Source of the DNA: a virus
Direction: 5' to 3' (one strand)
Virus record (IMG/VR): IMGVR_UViG_3300036766_000806
Location: 27,048 to 91,047 of that record
Length of the DNA stretch: 64,000 nt
In this document: in pieces, positions 30,403 to 41,773 of the stretch
Layout: every line of letters starts with the position of its first letter
Numbering within the stretch: the stretch's first letter is position 1
Program-made: the position numbers and the translations under genes
Notes under the pieces: model-generated
Database searches by the model: none
Seen by the model: the letters and a program-made list of their open reading frames with translations, nothing else
Told to the model about the DNA's origin: nothing

Positions 30403-30856
30403 ACATGCCAAACAAGCCATTAAGCAGCGTGGGGAAGTATTTACACCGACTCCGCTGGTTAATGAAATGTTAGACAAGCTCCCGAAAGAATTATTCCTAG
30501 ATCCCGATAAGACTTTTCTGGATAATTCGTGTGGTAATGGCAATTTTTTAGTGGCGGTGCTTGAAAGAAAAATGCAGAATGGCATATCCCATAAACAAGC
30601 ACTTAATACTATCTATGGAGTAGAGATAGATGAAAATAATTCCAAAGAATGCAGACAAAGATTATCTCTTGGGAGTCAAACCCCAGAAATATGGACAATT
30701 CTTGAAAATAATATTATCACCGCCGATGGTCTCGATCCCAATCACCCCGGTTGGATTAAAGTAGGTTTCTATTGGGATAGAGAAGGATTACCCAAGATCA
30801 TAATAGACATTATGACTCATTGGAATGAACAAATAAAGAATGGAGAAACATGGTAA
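30386..30856 (+). CDS. short DNA methyltransferase (SAM-binding half only)
   Basis: RGEVFTP, FLDNSCGNGNFL, IYGVEID, ADGL; no NPPY-type motif. Confidence 0.8.
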   Translation: MSHTRKHAKQAIKQRGEVFTPTPLVNEMLDKLPKELFLDPDKTFLDNSCGNGNFLVAVLERKMQNGISHKQALNTIYGVEIDENNSKECRQRLSLGSQTPEIWTILENNIITADGLDPNHPGWIKVGFYWDREGLPKIIIDIMTHWNEQIKNGETW

Positions 30857-30920
30857 TAAAATCTTCCACTTGAAGAAATAACTGCTTGACTTTTTATAGC
30901 AGTATGATATAATGTTGAAC

Positions 30921-31886
30921 ATGAAAGCACTAAAAATTGTTGGTCTAATTTTCTTTGTGGGGTTGATAATTCTTGGAATGACGGGATGTAGCAAACCTCC
31001 CCGAGGATTTTACGTATCCCAAAATTCCAAAACAACTTGCTGTTTGGAATTCAAAAATGGTGGAAAAGTTATAATCCGGGATTTGCATTCAATGTTTGTG
31101 GATGTGCAAACGTACACAGTTGAGAAAAACGTTGTCAGAATAAACCAGTTCAGATTAGGAGGAGTATCATCCGTAATTGAATTCAGCATAGATGGAAACA
31201 GACTAATCAGTGCTAATGGATTACAGTTCAAAAAGGATACTTCTGGGAAAAGTTATACCCCAATGGAACGCATTGCGGAACTCAATAAAGTTAGATCCGA
31301 GACTGATAAGATACAATCGCAAATACTTCTTACTAACAAATGGTTAGAAATCAAAAAAGAGGAGCGACGATTATCCGAGATTAGATTTCAACAAGAGTCC
31401 CAACGATTAACATGGGAACAAGTTAAAAGATTCGCCGATGCAAAGCGAGTGGCAGATGAAAAAGAAGCTGCACGACTTAAAGCTATTGCGGACAAAGAAT
31501 ATGCGAAAAGAGTTGCTGCGGCATATCTTCCAGTATTCACTAACCAAATTGTTACTATAATGTGTAATGATGGTATTACTTATAGTAATATTTCGCTTGC
31601 AGGATCAACTTTGGATGGCATCACTTATCGCATTCCCGAAAAAACCGAAGGAGGATGTATTTCTTATTTAAGAATAACTCCTGAAATCTTGGAAGAATTA
31701 CATATCAATACAAATCTTGTTGATGTAGCAAGAGATCGTCTCACTCAAAAAACTAACTCACCCCAAGTAATCGTTGTGCCTGTCCAACGTTTACAAGAAC
31801 GGAGAGCTAATAATGCAGAGAGCAGGGCGGCGGAAGCATTTAGAAAACAATATGGGTTGGATAGATATGGTAAAAGAGTTAAATAA
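30921..31886 (+). CDS. putative lipoprotein
   Basis: Signal peptide ending MTG-C; coiled-coil middle. Confidence 0.7.
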   Translation: MKALKIVGLIFFVGLIILGMTGCSKPPRGFYVSQNSKTTCCLEFKNGGKVIIRDLHSMFVDVQTYTVEKNVVRINQFRLGGVSSVIEFSIDGNRLISANGLQFKKDTSGKSYTPMERIAELNKVRSETDKIQSQILLTNKWLEIKKEERRLSEIRFQQESQRLTWEQVKRFADAKRVADEKEAARLKAIADKEYAKRVAAAYLPVFTNQIVTIMCNDGITYSNISLAGSTLDGITYRIPEKTEGGCISYLRITPEILEELHINTNLVDVARDRLTQKTNSPQVIVVPVQRLQERRANNAESRAAEAFRKQYGLDRYGKRVK

Positions 31887-32346
31887 TTCACTTGACTTTT
31901 CCATCATAATGTCCACAGAAAATAAACATTACAAATGTCCTCAGTGCAAGAGCGAAAATACGGTTATATTTGACCGATGCAGTATTTGTGAAGAACAACA
32001 TCTTCATATGGAATGTAAAGATTGTGGATATCATTGGAACGAATGGACAATCACCGACAAAAAAGCGTGGTGTTGTGGAGATCCCGATAGATATCCTTGG
32101 ACACCCTTAAAATAATCCACTTGACATTTTATACAGATGTGGTATAGTAGTATATGAAAATGAAACTCGCAAAGAAATGTTTATTTTGGATACTTTTCCT
32201 CCCACTTGGAATGTTGATGTTTATTTTGGACTTTATGGGATGGATAGCTGAATCATACGGTAATTTGTTAGAGGTTTATGAAAGATGGACATTCCTCAAA
32301 TAAATAATTCACTTGACTTTTTATAAACCCGTGGTATATTGTGGGC

Positions 32347-34510
32347 ATGAATACTAAAGCATTTTGGGTTTCGTATGTTGTGACTGATAGGGGCAGATTA
32401 CTATTTATGCTCGTGATATTGCTTTTATTCCTTATCCCCATCGCATATTTTCTTCACTTAACAGCACATATGAATAGGGACAATCAAATTATCGGCTTAG
32501 CTTCTGCGACTATTGTTTTGTTTATTATTTTTATAGCAAGCTTAATCACTCTTGCCAAAAGCGAAAAACAAACCGAACGACTTCAACGTGATCTGAGTTG
32601 GTATCAAACAAATCATCTCTCGAAACAAGGTGCCACAACTTTATGGCCTGGAGCCAAGGGTCAGATGATCGATTATCATCTTTACAGTCTCGATGCTGGC
32701 AGAAATTGGTACGCTATTGAAAGGAAAGGTGAGGAAATCATTATCAAAGGTGAAACGGAAAAAATCTATCCAGGTTTATTGAAACACTTGGACAACTGGG
32801 ATAAGTTATGGAAACATGTTGAAGCCAATGGCCCGCTCAATCCAAGTAAAAGCGAAGATGTCAAGTTTTTGGAAAGTATTGGGTTTACCGTCACCAACGC
32901 AGAAGCAAAATAATCATAATATGTGGGTGTTCAACTACATCTTGAAAGTTGTAAAGGATGCAAGCGGGCCATGCATACAAACTCCAAAAGTCAATGTCCG
33001 CATTGCGGATATGACTACTCTATTGAATTAGGTATGAAAAAAGAAACAAAAGAACAAACCGCCGTTATACGTTACGATACAATGGTACTTGGTTTTGCTA
33101 TCGCAGAGCTTGGTGAGGCCATTAGTTCGCAAAAAATGGAGGATTGTTTACGTCATGCTCAAAACGCCCAAAAGTATATCAATGAGTTTGCGAACAATGT
33201 AGCTCCTTCACCAGCTTTGACAGAGAAGGAAGCAGACTATTCGGCATCTTTACATACCTATATGCGAAAAGGTATGATTGACAGTCCTTTGGGTAGTATG
33301 ATGTGGTCTCTTATCAATGAAAGCCGAGGAGAGGCCATTTGGTTTGCTTTTATTAAGGCCGTAGCCAATTCCAAGTATGTTGCCAAGGAAGCCTTTCACG
33401 AGGGTATGAAGGCAGCAAAAGAACAACTACATAAAGGTCATAATACTACCGATGACTGGCTTATGTATAGTTGTCTACAAATGTGGGAAGAAGGTTTTCC
33501 GGATGCGTTAGAATGGATTGGGGAAGAAAGTTAGTCTAATTATGGACATCAAAAGAGATTTAAATGTTACTTGCACAGAGGGAGACCTTGAAATCCAAAT
33601 GGGCCGGGTTTTAACTACATTTTCATATAAAGGGCAAGATAAGTTTGTATTCCGAAATGTGGAACTTGACTCTCTCATTGCTTTACTTACTACAGCTAAG
33701 AAAGAACTGGATAGTTTCTACAATGAACTGAAAAATCATAAAGAAACTTAAACATATGGGTTGGTCAATAGACATCAAAGTAGATAAACCTATCACAGAA
33801 GGAATAATCCAATCTTGCCTGGATGAACTTCCTCCTGTTCTTCGAGAACACTTTGATAATGAGGGTTTAGGAGGATATTCCAAACAATCATGGGGATGGA
33901 GTTGTGCGGTAGATGTTAATTTTCCTACGGAGGATGGTTGGTATATTAGTGGAGCATATTGGAGTTGGAAACTCGGTATGCCTTTTGCCAAAGCATTAGC
34001 AGCATTGTTAGAAAAGTATGGGTACGCAGTAACGTTGGGAGAACAACTATCTTAACAACGAAACAAAATAATATGAAACAAACATTCAAATTCACGAATA
34101 GCAGAATACTGGAGTTTGAAACCTTTGCTTTAAAAGAAGCCAATTATCGTAAAGTTCGTATTCATAATAATGGCGAAGATAGTGAAGGAATATGGGCCTG
34201 TTTCTCTGACGAAGGAATAAAGGCATATACAAATGATACATTGCCTTCAAATGAACATACTTTTCCAGCTATTCTTGTCAATAGTGCGCTCTTCTTCTAT
34301 CCTCGTAATTCATGGGGATTGTATATTCCTGTAAAAATGATGGGGCCGAATCGTCCAGAATGTAATATTGCAGACCTCGATGGAGCGATGATTTTCTGCC
34401 AAGAACGGCTTGATGCTGATGCCAAGAAAGCGAAAAGTAAGGGTAAGCTGTCCAAAAATCAAACAAAGAATGGTCGCAAAACAACTAAAACCCATTCAAA
34501 ATCGGTTTAA
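32347..34510 (+). other. run of hypothetical genes (32347-32913 membrane, 32923-33534, 33542-33751, 33756-34055, 34073-34510)
   Basis: Collinear ORFs. Confidence 0.6.
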
Positions 34511-34515
34511 TTAAC

Positions 34516-34722
34516 ATGAGAAAAATCATTGAATATAAGTTAGTCGAAGTGCCGTCTTACTCGGTACAAACTCTCGAAGTAACTGTGAATAATTTGATAA
34601 AATTGGGGTGGGAACCTTTTGGTAATCTATTCGTAATGAGTAGTGTAGGAGGCAATACTCTTTGTCAGCCGATGGTTAAATGTACAACCATTGGAGAGGA
34701 AACGGTTGGTGGCCCAAGATAA
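34516..34722 (+). CDS. DUF1737-like small protein
   Basis: YKLV...LE..VN.LIK.GWEPFG...QPMVK. Confidence 0.65.
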   Translation: MRKIIEYKLVEVPSYSVQTLEVTVNNLIKLGWEPFGNLFVMSSVGGNTLCQPMVKCTTIGEETVGGPR

Positions 34723-35004
34723 AATATGCCCAAGGTTTTACTTCGGTACATCTGTTCTCAGAAACAAAAACACTTTGATAAGTTGATAAAAATCATTCGT
34801 GAGCACCATCTATATGTTATAGGATGGGAAATGAATAGCTGGTTGAGCGGCGAGATTGATATGGCAAGCAGCAAGAAATGGTGCCGTAACTATCAATGAG
34901 ACTTCACACCCGAATAACTGGACTCAGCATAATATAATGAAAATGGCAGGAGTAATTCAATCCGCTCTTGGCATCCCTCTTTACGAGAAGGATCTAAATC
35001 CTTC

Positions 35005-36195
35005 ATGAATAAGAGAGAAAATCTAGGACAAGTTTTCACTCACCCGAAAACCGTCGATTTCATGTTGAGTCTGCGGAAGAACCATGTTAATACTTCTACT
35101 TTAGAACCTGCGGCTGGCAATGGAGCATTCAGTAATAAACTTCCTGGTTGCGCTGCCATTGAAATTGATCCAGATATTTGTCCCAAAGAAGCGTTGGCAA
35201 TAGATTTCTTCACTTATCCTTCCTTCAAATTTCTTACACAAATAGCCAATCCTCCTTATGTAGCTGGAAAGAATATTCTCCTTGACACAAGAATGATTAT
35301 TGAAAGATCTGGTGGGACGTTATTAAATCACGGGAAAACCAATCTTTATCTCTATTTCCTTGAAAAAATGGCCCGAGAACATATGCAAAGACCGGGTTCA
35401 GAGATTATCATCATTATTCCCCGTGACTTCCTCAAAGCAACTTCGGCAATATTATTGAATAAGTGGCTTTATGCGCACGGTACTATTACTCATTATTATG
35501 ATCATGGTGATAGAAAAATGTTTAAAGATGCTTTTCCTAATACTTGCATTATAAGATATGAACTCGGTGACTATTCAAGAAAAACAATCACAAATGATGG
35601 AGTGAAAAATTTTGTTGAAATAGACGGACAACTTCTTTTCTTGAAAGATGATTATAGCGTGCCTTTATCAAATCTATTCACCGTAAAGGTCGGTGGTGTC
35701 AGCGGGGCGGATGAAATCTTTGCTGATAATGTACTAGGAAATGAAGAGTTTGTATTCTCGGAAACAAGAACTACTGGGAAAACTCGTAAAATGATATATA
35801 ACTATTCCCCGGCTATTCCTTACCTAGAATTTTTTTATAAAGAAGATCTCCTCAAAAGAAAGATAAAACACTTTACCGAAGATAACTGGTGGCAGTGGGG
35901 ACGGGATTTCCATCATTCAACTGATAAGAGAATTTACGTTAACTGCAAGACCAGACAAGCCAATCCGTTTTTTACTCATCCTTGTACAAATTACGATGGC
36001 TCTATATTAGCTTTGTTTCTAAAAGACCAATCTCAAGACCCCAAAGCTCTTTGCAATGCCTTAAATAAAGTAAATTGGAAAGATTTAGGCTTTGTTTGTG
36101 GCAATAGATATTTATTTTCTCAGCGAACTCTTGAGCGTATTATACTTCCTTCGTCGCTATTTATAGAGTATGCAAAGAAGATATATTCGCAGTAA
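35005..36195 (+). CDS. N6-adenine DNA methyltransferase (Eco57I/TaqI-like group)
   Basis: GQVFT, LEPAAGNGAF, IANPPY, NLYLYFLEK. Confidence 0.88.
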   Translation: MNKRENLGQVFTHPKTVDFMLSLRKNHVNTSTLEPAAGNGAFSNKLPGCAAIEIDPDICPKEALAIDFFTYPSFKFLTQIANPPYVAGKNILLDTRMIIERSGGTLLNHGKTNLYLYFLEKMAREHMQRPGSEIIIIIPRDFLKATSAILLNKWLYAHGTITHYYDHGDRKMFKDAFPNTCIIRYELGDYSRKTITNDGVKNFVEIDGQLLFLKDDYSVPLSNLFTVKVGGVSGADEIFADNVLGNEEFVFSETRTTGKTRKMIYNYSPAIPYLEFFYKEDLLKRKIKHFTEDNWWQWGRDFHHSTDKRIYVNCKTRQANPFFTHPCTNYDGSILALFLKDQSQDPKALCNALNKVNWKDLGFVCGNRYLFSQRTLERIILPSSLFIEYAKKIYSQ

Positions 36196-36652
36196 AGGAA
36201 AGACATACCTAGTTAATGTAGTTGGATATGAAGATGGAATTGGTGCTGGGTTCGCTGTAGGTCAATTAGTCCTCAAATCCATAAGTGATAATCATTGGTA
36301 TGTAATCACCACGAGCGGATCTATTCCCTCGGTGACGACTTATATAAGCCAAAGTGCTTTGAGTTTTCCCACGAGTTCCTACTTTGATTTGAATTATCCC
36401 TATCAGCTTCTTGCTTGTGCAGATGGGAATACTTATGCTGTTTATTTAAGTGGTTCTGCTCCGAATGCAGCGTTAGTTATAAGTCAATCAATGTATACTT
36501 CGGGAAGTAGTAATGCAAAACCCTATTTATTTCTACAAAACATTACCGATTGCAACTACTATGGAGCATACTTAACAGCTTCGGCGGGACAAATAAGTAT
36601 GAGTGTAAGTCAAACAATGACATCTCAAAGCTGGGTCAGACCGATTTTTTAA
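36170..36652 (+). CDS. Ser/Tyr-rich beta-type hypothetical protein
   Basis: Internal repeats; TATTTAT motif 5 nt before ATG. Confidence 0.65.
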   Translation: MQRRYIRSKGKTYLVNVVGYEDGIGAGFAVGQLVLKSISDNHWYVITTSGSIPSVTTYISQSALSFPTSSYFDLNYPYQLLACADGNTYAVYLSGSAPNAALVISQSMYTSGSSNAKPYLFLQNITDCNYYGAYLTASAGQISMSVSQTMTSQSWVRPIF

Positions 36653-37008
36653 TCTCTATTACTGTAAAACTCTTCGAGAATTCGTTTATCTAAATCGTCT
36701 AACTTGAATGGTACTAAAATTTTTGCATCCGTTTTTACTGGCCTATCACTTGAATAATCACTGCTTATTCGTATAGGCGGCGGAGAATTTTTCCGTTTAC
36801 TTTTGGCATATTCGATCAATTCCTGCTCCTTCTCTTCTCTGTCTCGCCTCTCTCTGGCTTCTTTCATTATTGCAGCTATTTCTTCGAGTGATTTTGATTC
36901 TTTTTCAATCACCACAGGAGACTTCTCGCTCGGTGAAAAGATGGAATAATAGAGCAATACAATCAGTATCAATACCAAAACAATCAATATTCCCCATTGA
37001 ACTAACAT
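36649..37008 (-). CDS. membrane-anchored hypothetical protein
   Basis: N-terminal TM helix. Confidence 0.65.
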   Translation of the reverse strand: MLVQWGILIVLVLILIVLLYYSIFSPSEKSPVVIEKESKSLEEIAAIMKEARERRDREEKEQELIEYAKSKRKNSPPPIRISSDYSSDRPVKTDAKILVPFKLDDLDKRILEEFYSNRD

Positions 37009-37011
37009 ATA

Positions 37012-37416
37012 TTATTCATCACACCGTTTCCACCATTCTCCATAATCATCATCATCTTCATCTAAATCAGGTAAGCGTTCTGAAATTTTATGGTTGCCTT
37101 TCATAATCTCTCTATCATAAAATTCATTTGTCCGTTTTCTTAAATCCTCAAAATCAAGTTCCATTCTGATAAGTTTTTCTCTGGTGTTCTGTAAATGCTT
37201 CCACAGCCTTTGAGCATCATGTATTTCTTTTTCACCCTTCTGCCAATCGAGAATAGTTCTGAAATCATCATTCATATATTCTTCTACGTGTTTATCAACT
37301 TTTTTGACATTTATTCCAGATTCTTCCAAAATAGCCTCGGAACGCATCATCAACACCACCGCCTCATCCATTAAAGATTTTTGCTTCTTTAACCATTCTT
37401 TGCTCCATTTTTTCAT
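37012..37416 (-). CDS. hypothetical protein
   Basis: Leaderless after minus-strand TTGACA(~37453)-TATAAT. Confidence 0.7.
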   Translation of the reverse strand: MKKWSKEWLKKQKSLMDEAVVLMMRSEAILEESGINVKKVDKHVEEYMNDDFRTILDWQKGEKEIHDAQRLWKHLQNTREKLIRMELDFEDLRKRTNEFYDREIMKGNHKISERLPDLDEDDDDYGEWWKRCDE

Positions 37417-37547
37417 ATAGTAGCATTATACATATAACAAATGAAAATGTCAACTTATTATATGATATTTTCGACTTGACTTTTATTCATACTGTGATAG
37501 AATATTACTTATTCAATTAAGATGACGCTTATCGTTGGTAAGAATAA

Positions 37548-37781
37548 TTTGTAAATAGCCCAGTTAGAAACACTGTTGTTGAATTTGATGGAGAACAACA
37601 TTTTTTGTGGGGAAGGCATATGAGCGGTCAATATATTACCACCGAAGAAGATTTAGAACTCACACAAAAAAATGATAAAATCAAAAATAAATATGCCAAA
37701 TCTAAAGGTATTAAGATGATTAGAATATCTTATGAGCAAACTTCCAATATCAACAAAATACTCAATGAAAAAATAATATGA
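37548..37781 (+). pseudogene. start-less C-terminal remnant of a Vsr/DUF559-like endonuclease
   Basis: NTVVEFDGEQHF...NDKIKNKYAKSKGIKMIRISY, no in-frame start. Confidence 0.7.
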
Positions 37782-38395
37782 AAAGTTCCAAAATAAAAGA
37801 AAGAGATCCCTACAAAATTTTAGGAGTTGACAAAGATGTTAGTGATGAAGATTTGAAAAAGGCTTATAAAACTAAGGCAAAATTATATCATCCAGATGTT
37901 ACAACAAACGAAATCGAAAAGAAAAAATTGGAAGAAAAATTCAAAGATTTAGGATGGGCGTATGAAATATTAAGCGACCCAAAAAAGAGACAACAATATG
38001 ACTTAGGTGACACAGATTCTTTTGCTAATATGAACGGATTTCCAAACATGGAAGATTTTCTTCGTCAAGCAATGGGGAAAGATATGGGAGGATTTCATTT
38101 TTCTTTTGGGGGGAATCCAAATGTTCACGTTCATACAATGAATGTGATAAGTACTGTGGTAAATGTTTCTCTTCTAAAAGCTCTTTGCGGCGGTGAAGTA
38201 ACTTTTCCCATTGCTTCAATAGGTACTCTAAAGATAGATATTCCTCCCGGTACTCAGCCAGGAACTACACTTCAAGTCCGTCCCAAAACCGATAAGAATA
38301 CTCAAATTATTATAAATCTAACCATTCAAGTAGAACTTCCACCGAATCTGTCTCCTGAACAACTGGAACAATTAAAGAAGATTTTGCCTGAATAA
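37778..38395 (+). CDS. DnaJ-family co-chaperone (J domain, G/F region, C-terminal domain, no Zn finger)
   Basis: DPYKILGV, YHPD, AYEILSDPKKRQQYD, IPPGTQPG. Confidence 0.9.
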   Translation: MKSSKIKERDPYKILGVDKDVSDEDLKKAYKTKAKLYHPDVTTNEIEKKKLEEKFKDLGWAYEILSDPKKRQQYDLGDTDSFANMNGFPNMEDFLRQAMGKDMGGFHFSFGGNPNVHVHTMNVISTVVNVSLLKALCGGEVTFPIASIGTLKIDIPPGTQPGTTLQVRPKTDKNTQIIINLTIQVELPPNLSPEQLEQLKKILPE

Positions 38396-38449
38396 ATGTC
38401 CTTGACTTTCCCCTGGAAAGGTGTATAATAACCGAGAACTAAATATAAT

Positions 38450-38806
38450 ATGACAACACAAGAATACTACGACATTACTCCAGATAAAGATGGATGGAGA
38501 CTCCTTCCTAATGGGAATAGAATTATGCTTGGCGATTATGCCAAAATTGGCAATTATGCCACAATTGGCAATTATGCCAAAATTGGCGATTATGCCAAAA
38601 TTGGCAATTATGCCACAATTGGCAATTATGCCAAAATTGGCGATTGTGCCAAAATTGGCGATTGTGCCATAATTGGCTATAATGCCAAAATTGGCAATTA
38701 TGCCAAAATTAAAAATAATCAAACAACAGAAGAATTAAATAAGTATTTTATCAGTACCTATCCAGAAAAATCTATTTTTTGGCATCGTTTCAAAAATTAC
38801 AACTGA
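38450..38806 (+). CDS. hexapeptide-repeat (left-handed beta-helix) protein
   Basis: Ten I/L-G-[DN]-[YC]-A-[KT] repeats. Confidence 0.75.
   Translation: MTTQEYYDITPDKDGWRLLPNGNRIMLGDYAKIGNYATIGNYAKIGDYAKIGNYATIGNYAKIGDCAKIGDCAIIGYNAKIGNYAKIKNNQTTEELNKYFISTYPEKSIFWHRFKNYN
38529..38708 (+). repeat. 10 x 18-bp tandem repeat
   Basis: Unit TTGGC(A/G)ATTATGCCA(A/C)AA. Confidence 0.9.
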
Positions 38807-38966
38807 AATATTGTTCAGGAATGAAAATTAGTAAAGTTAATTGGCGTCCTTTAGAAACAAAATATGGATTTAGTGAAAGTGGAAATCTCAACTTCTTCCA
38901 TAAGGAAGATAACTTTCGTTGTATAAAAATTGATGTTACTAGAGTTACTTTTGTGGAAAGCAAAGA

Positions 38967-40077
38967 ATGAAAAAGATAGAAAGAGTAAAGAATGCCCTGA
39001 GGGTAATAATTCCTACTTCGTGGGCAATTCTGTACATTGGTGGTGGAGCGTTTGGCTTTGCTGAATTCGCAGCAGCCAATTCGAGCCATGTTCCACCCTA
39101 CATGGCTATACTGATTTTCGCCTGGGTTGTGGGTTTCTTCGTGGGTTATTTCATGCTTGAATTTTTATGTAAAAAAATCGTGAGGTTATTATCAGATGAT
39201 TGAAATTCTAAATCTCAGCAGAAAGCAAATATCCGCCTTTACTCAATGGCTGAGAACTCTGCCCGAAAGGGAAACTGCTTTTTTATACCAATCTTTTGAG
39301 CCGGAGCCGATTCGTATTCAGAAGCTCAAAGACCTTTATCAAAGATATTTGGAAGAAAAGTCAAAACGAATATGAAAACAAAACTTAGAGTATATTATAA
39401 TAAAAGAAAAAACTATTATACAGTTCAACAAAAGGTGTGGTTGTTCTTCTGGGTTAATGTAAAATTTCGAAGAATATGCTCTATTACAAAAGATGTTGTG
39501 GTATATTTTGAAAACAAAGAAGAAGCTGTGAACTGTTTTTTTCAAAAAATGAGTGAAATCTATCATGAACAGGAACTAAAAAAATTCAGGAAAGAAATAC
39601 TGAAAGCAGAAATAAAAGAGAGAAAAGAGCGTCTCAGATTTCCCAAAGATGATAAAGTAGTCTATAAAGTTGCGGTTTAGAATATATTTTCATATGGCGG
39701 CTAAAACGTAAATGCAGCAAAGTACAAAAATAATATAAAAATAAATGAAAACTCTATATTCCCAATTCCTTCATCTTTGTCATCGCTTATTCTTTGCGGT
39801 GCTTGCCACTCTCGCTGCTCTTTTTCTTTTTTATATGGTCAGCGGCACAGTAGCTTCGGTGGTATTTTGGATTAAAGTTTATGCGGCGGTAGTTATTATA
39901 AATTTACTATGGGATGGATTGATTCTTCTTTGGCGACAGTACAAGAAATATAAAGATAGTGATGATAATAGTGGTGGTTTAAAAGAAGGAAATCAAAAAT
40001 ATGCTGGAGTTAGGCCAGTTCCTACAAATATGAAACGACCATCACCGCCACTACCTCAACGACCGCCTAATATATGA
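38967..40077 (+). other. small hypothetical/membrane genes (38967-39203, 39372-39680, 39745-40077)
   Basis: ORF track; TM segments in first and third. Confidence 0.55.
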
Positions 40078-40244
40078 AATGGGATTATTCCAATCCAAAA
40101 TTCCAAAGACCACGATAAAATAATTTACCTTTTGAAGTTGCCTCTTCTCACCGATGAATTGTTTATAGATATATGTATGTATTCTGTGACGGTACTTCTA
40201 TATAATAAGTTGACATTTTTTCATAATTTGTTATTCTATTCTTT

Positions 40245-40802
40245 ATGAGTATAGAAACAGAAATGGTTGGGCAATTATTTGGGCGATTGATAATAATATG
40301 TCGGCATAGACCTCAGAGAGTAAAAGGAGTTTTCTTTCAATGTAAATGTAAATGTGGAAATACTACAATTGTAAGAGTAGATCATTTAAGAGAAGGGCGA
40401 GTGAAAAGTTGTGGATGTCTTAGAAAAGAAGTTGCTGCTCAACGGAGTAAGAAAAAACCTTATTTCTGGTTATATGCTATTCTGAAACGAAATGCCAAAC
40501 ACTTTACTAGTAAGAATGTTCAGTTGACATTTGGTGAGTTTTTGGAGTTTATTCACATAAAGAATTGTCATTATTGTGGATGTTCAGTAAAGTGGTATGA
40601 ATATGATATTTGTGAAAATGGAAAAAGGCGATCACATTCTTATCATCTTGATAGAAAAGATAATATTGTGGGTTATATTAAAGAAAATTGTGTAGTTTGT
40701 TGCTCATTATGTAATTACATAAAGGGAGATATGTTGACCTATAGTGAAATGCTTAAACTTGGATCTTTGATAGGAGAAATACAAAGAGACAGAGTTGTTT
40801 AG
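40245..40802 (+). CDS. HNH-type homing endonuclease
   Basis: FGRLI...CKCKCG...KSCGC; CHYCG, LDRKDNIVGYIKENCVVCCSLCN. Confidence 0.85.
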   Translation: MSIETEMVGQLFGRLIIICRHRPQRVKGVFFQCKCKCGNTTIVRVDHLREGRVKSCGCLRKEVAAQRSKKKPYFWLYAILKRNAKHFTSKNVQLTFGEFLEFIHIKNCHYCGCSVKWYEYDICENGKRRSHSYHLDRKDNIVGYIKENCVVCCSLCNYIKGDMLTYSEMLKLGSLIGEIQRDRVV

Positions 40803-41440
40803 TTAATATCCCACCCCGTTAGATTGTTATTTTTTCAGTCCTTTGGTCTGTCTCATATTTATCTGTCCTGCTCTTAATATGTAAGTACAATTATATTCAC
40901 ATACATTTATTTAGGCTTACGGATGATTTGTTATGAAAAGGTTTGGTTAATTGTAAAAGAACTTCTTAACGTTTTATTTTGACTTGTTTTGACCTATCAA
41001 TAGATTATAGTAAAAAGCTAAATCATATATAAAAACTCAATTTTGCCCGTAAAAATAACATATTCAAGTGTATAAATATTCCTAAAATGCTCTATAAGCT
41101 TTAATGTTGCCATATAGCCACTATGAGCCATTTATAGGCTTAATGTGGCTATTAGGCTATTTTAGACATTATAGATAACATATTGAATAATCCTTTAATA
41201 AGCAGTCATTTGGAGAAGTTATTCTTAAAATAAGTCATTTTCACCGAGGGAGTATTTATAAATACATTTTATAAAAATGCTTATTCACCGAGGAAATAAA
41301 TATAAAAATACTTTTCACCGAACATTTTTATTTTTATATTCTGGTATATTTTTAGGACTAAAATTATTCATATGGACATTGAAATACTTTTTATAACTTT
41401 AGGGCTAAATTCACTAATTTCCAAGGGTTTAGAAATAAGA
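40803..41440. other. AT-rich non-coding boundary region
   Basis: No ORF >=60 aa; hairpin TAGCCAC...GTGGCTA; three TCACCGA and two TTTAG-NN-CTAAA. Confidence 0.7.
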
Positions 41441-41476
41441 AGTTGACTTTTTATAAAAGAGGGGTATAATGAGGCC

Positions 41477-41728
41477 ATGAAAATTGAAGTAGCTTGTTGT
41501 CCTGAATGTAAGGAACCTGCCAAGGGAACATTGGAATTGATTCCTGGGGTAGCCGGCCTGATTGTGAGAGAGGATGGAATGGCTGACTATACTGGATATA
41601 CTGATTTCAATTATGACGGGCAGGAGTCTGTAATCAGAGATAATATGCACGTACTTATTTGTCCAAGAGGGCATGAGTGGAAGTCAAAGATTTATTTTGA
41701 CCATAGTAGAAAAGGTCCATCTTCTTAA
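41477..41728 (+). CDS. zinc-ribbon small protein
   Basis: CPEC...CPRGHEW; leaderless after promoter 41443-41470. Confidence 0.7.
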   Translation: MKIEVACCPECKEPAKGTLELIPGVAGLIVREDGMADYTGYTDFNYDGQESVIRDNMHVLICPRGHEWKSKIYFDHSRKGPSS

Positions 41729-41773
41729 AAAAACAGTTGACAAAAGCGCCTGGATCGGTATAATAAAGGTATT

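Noticed and set aside
38372-38722. Antisense and alternate-frame ORFs over the 18-bp repeat
   Set aside because: Artefact of a stop-free near-palindromic repeat; only the + strand frame has a promoter and the beta-helix pattern
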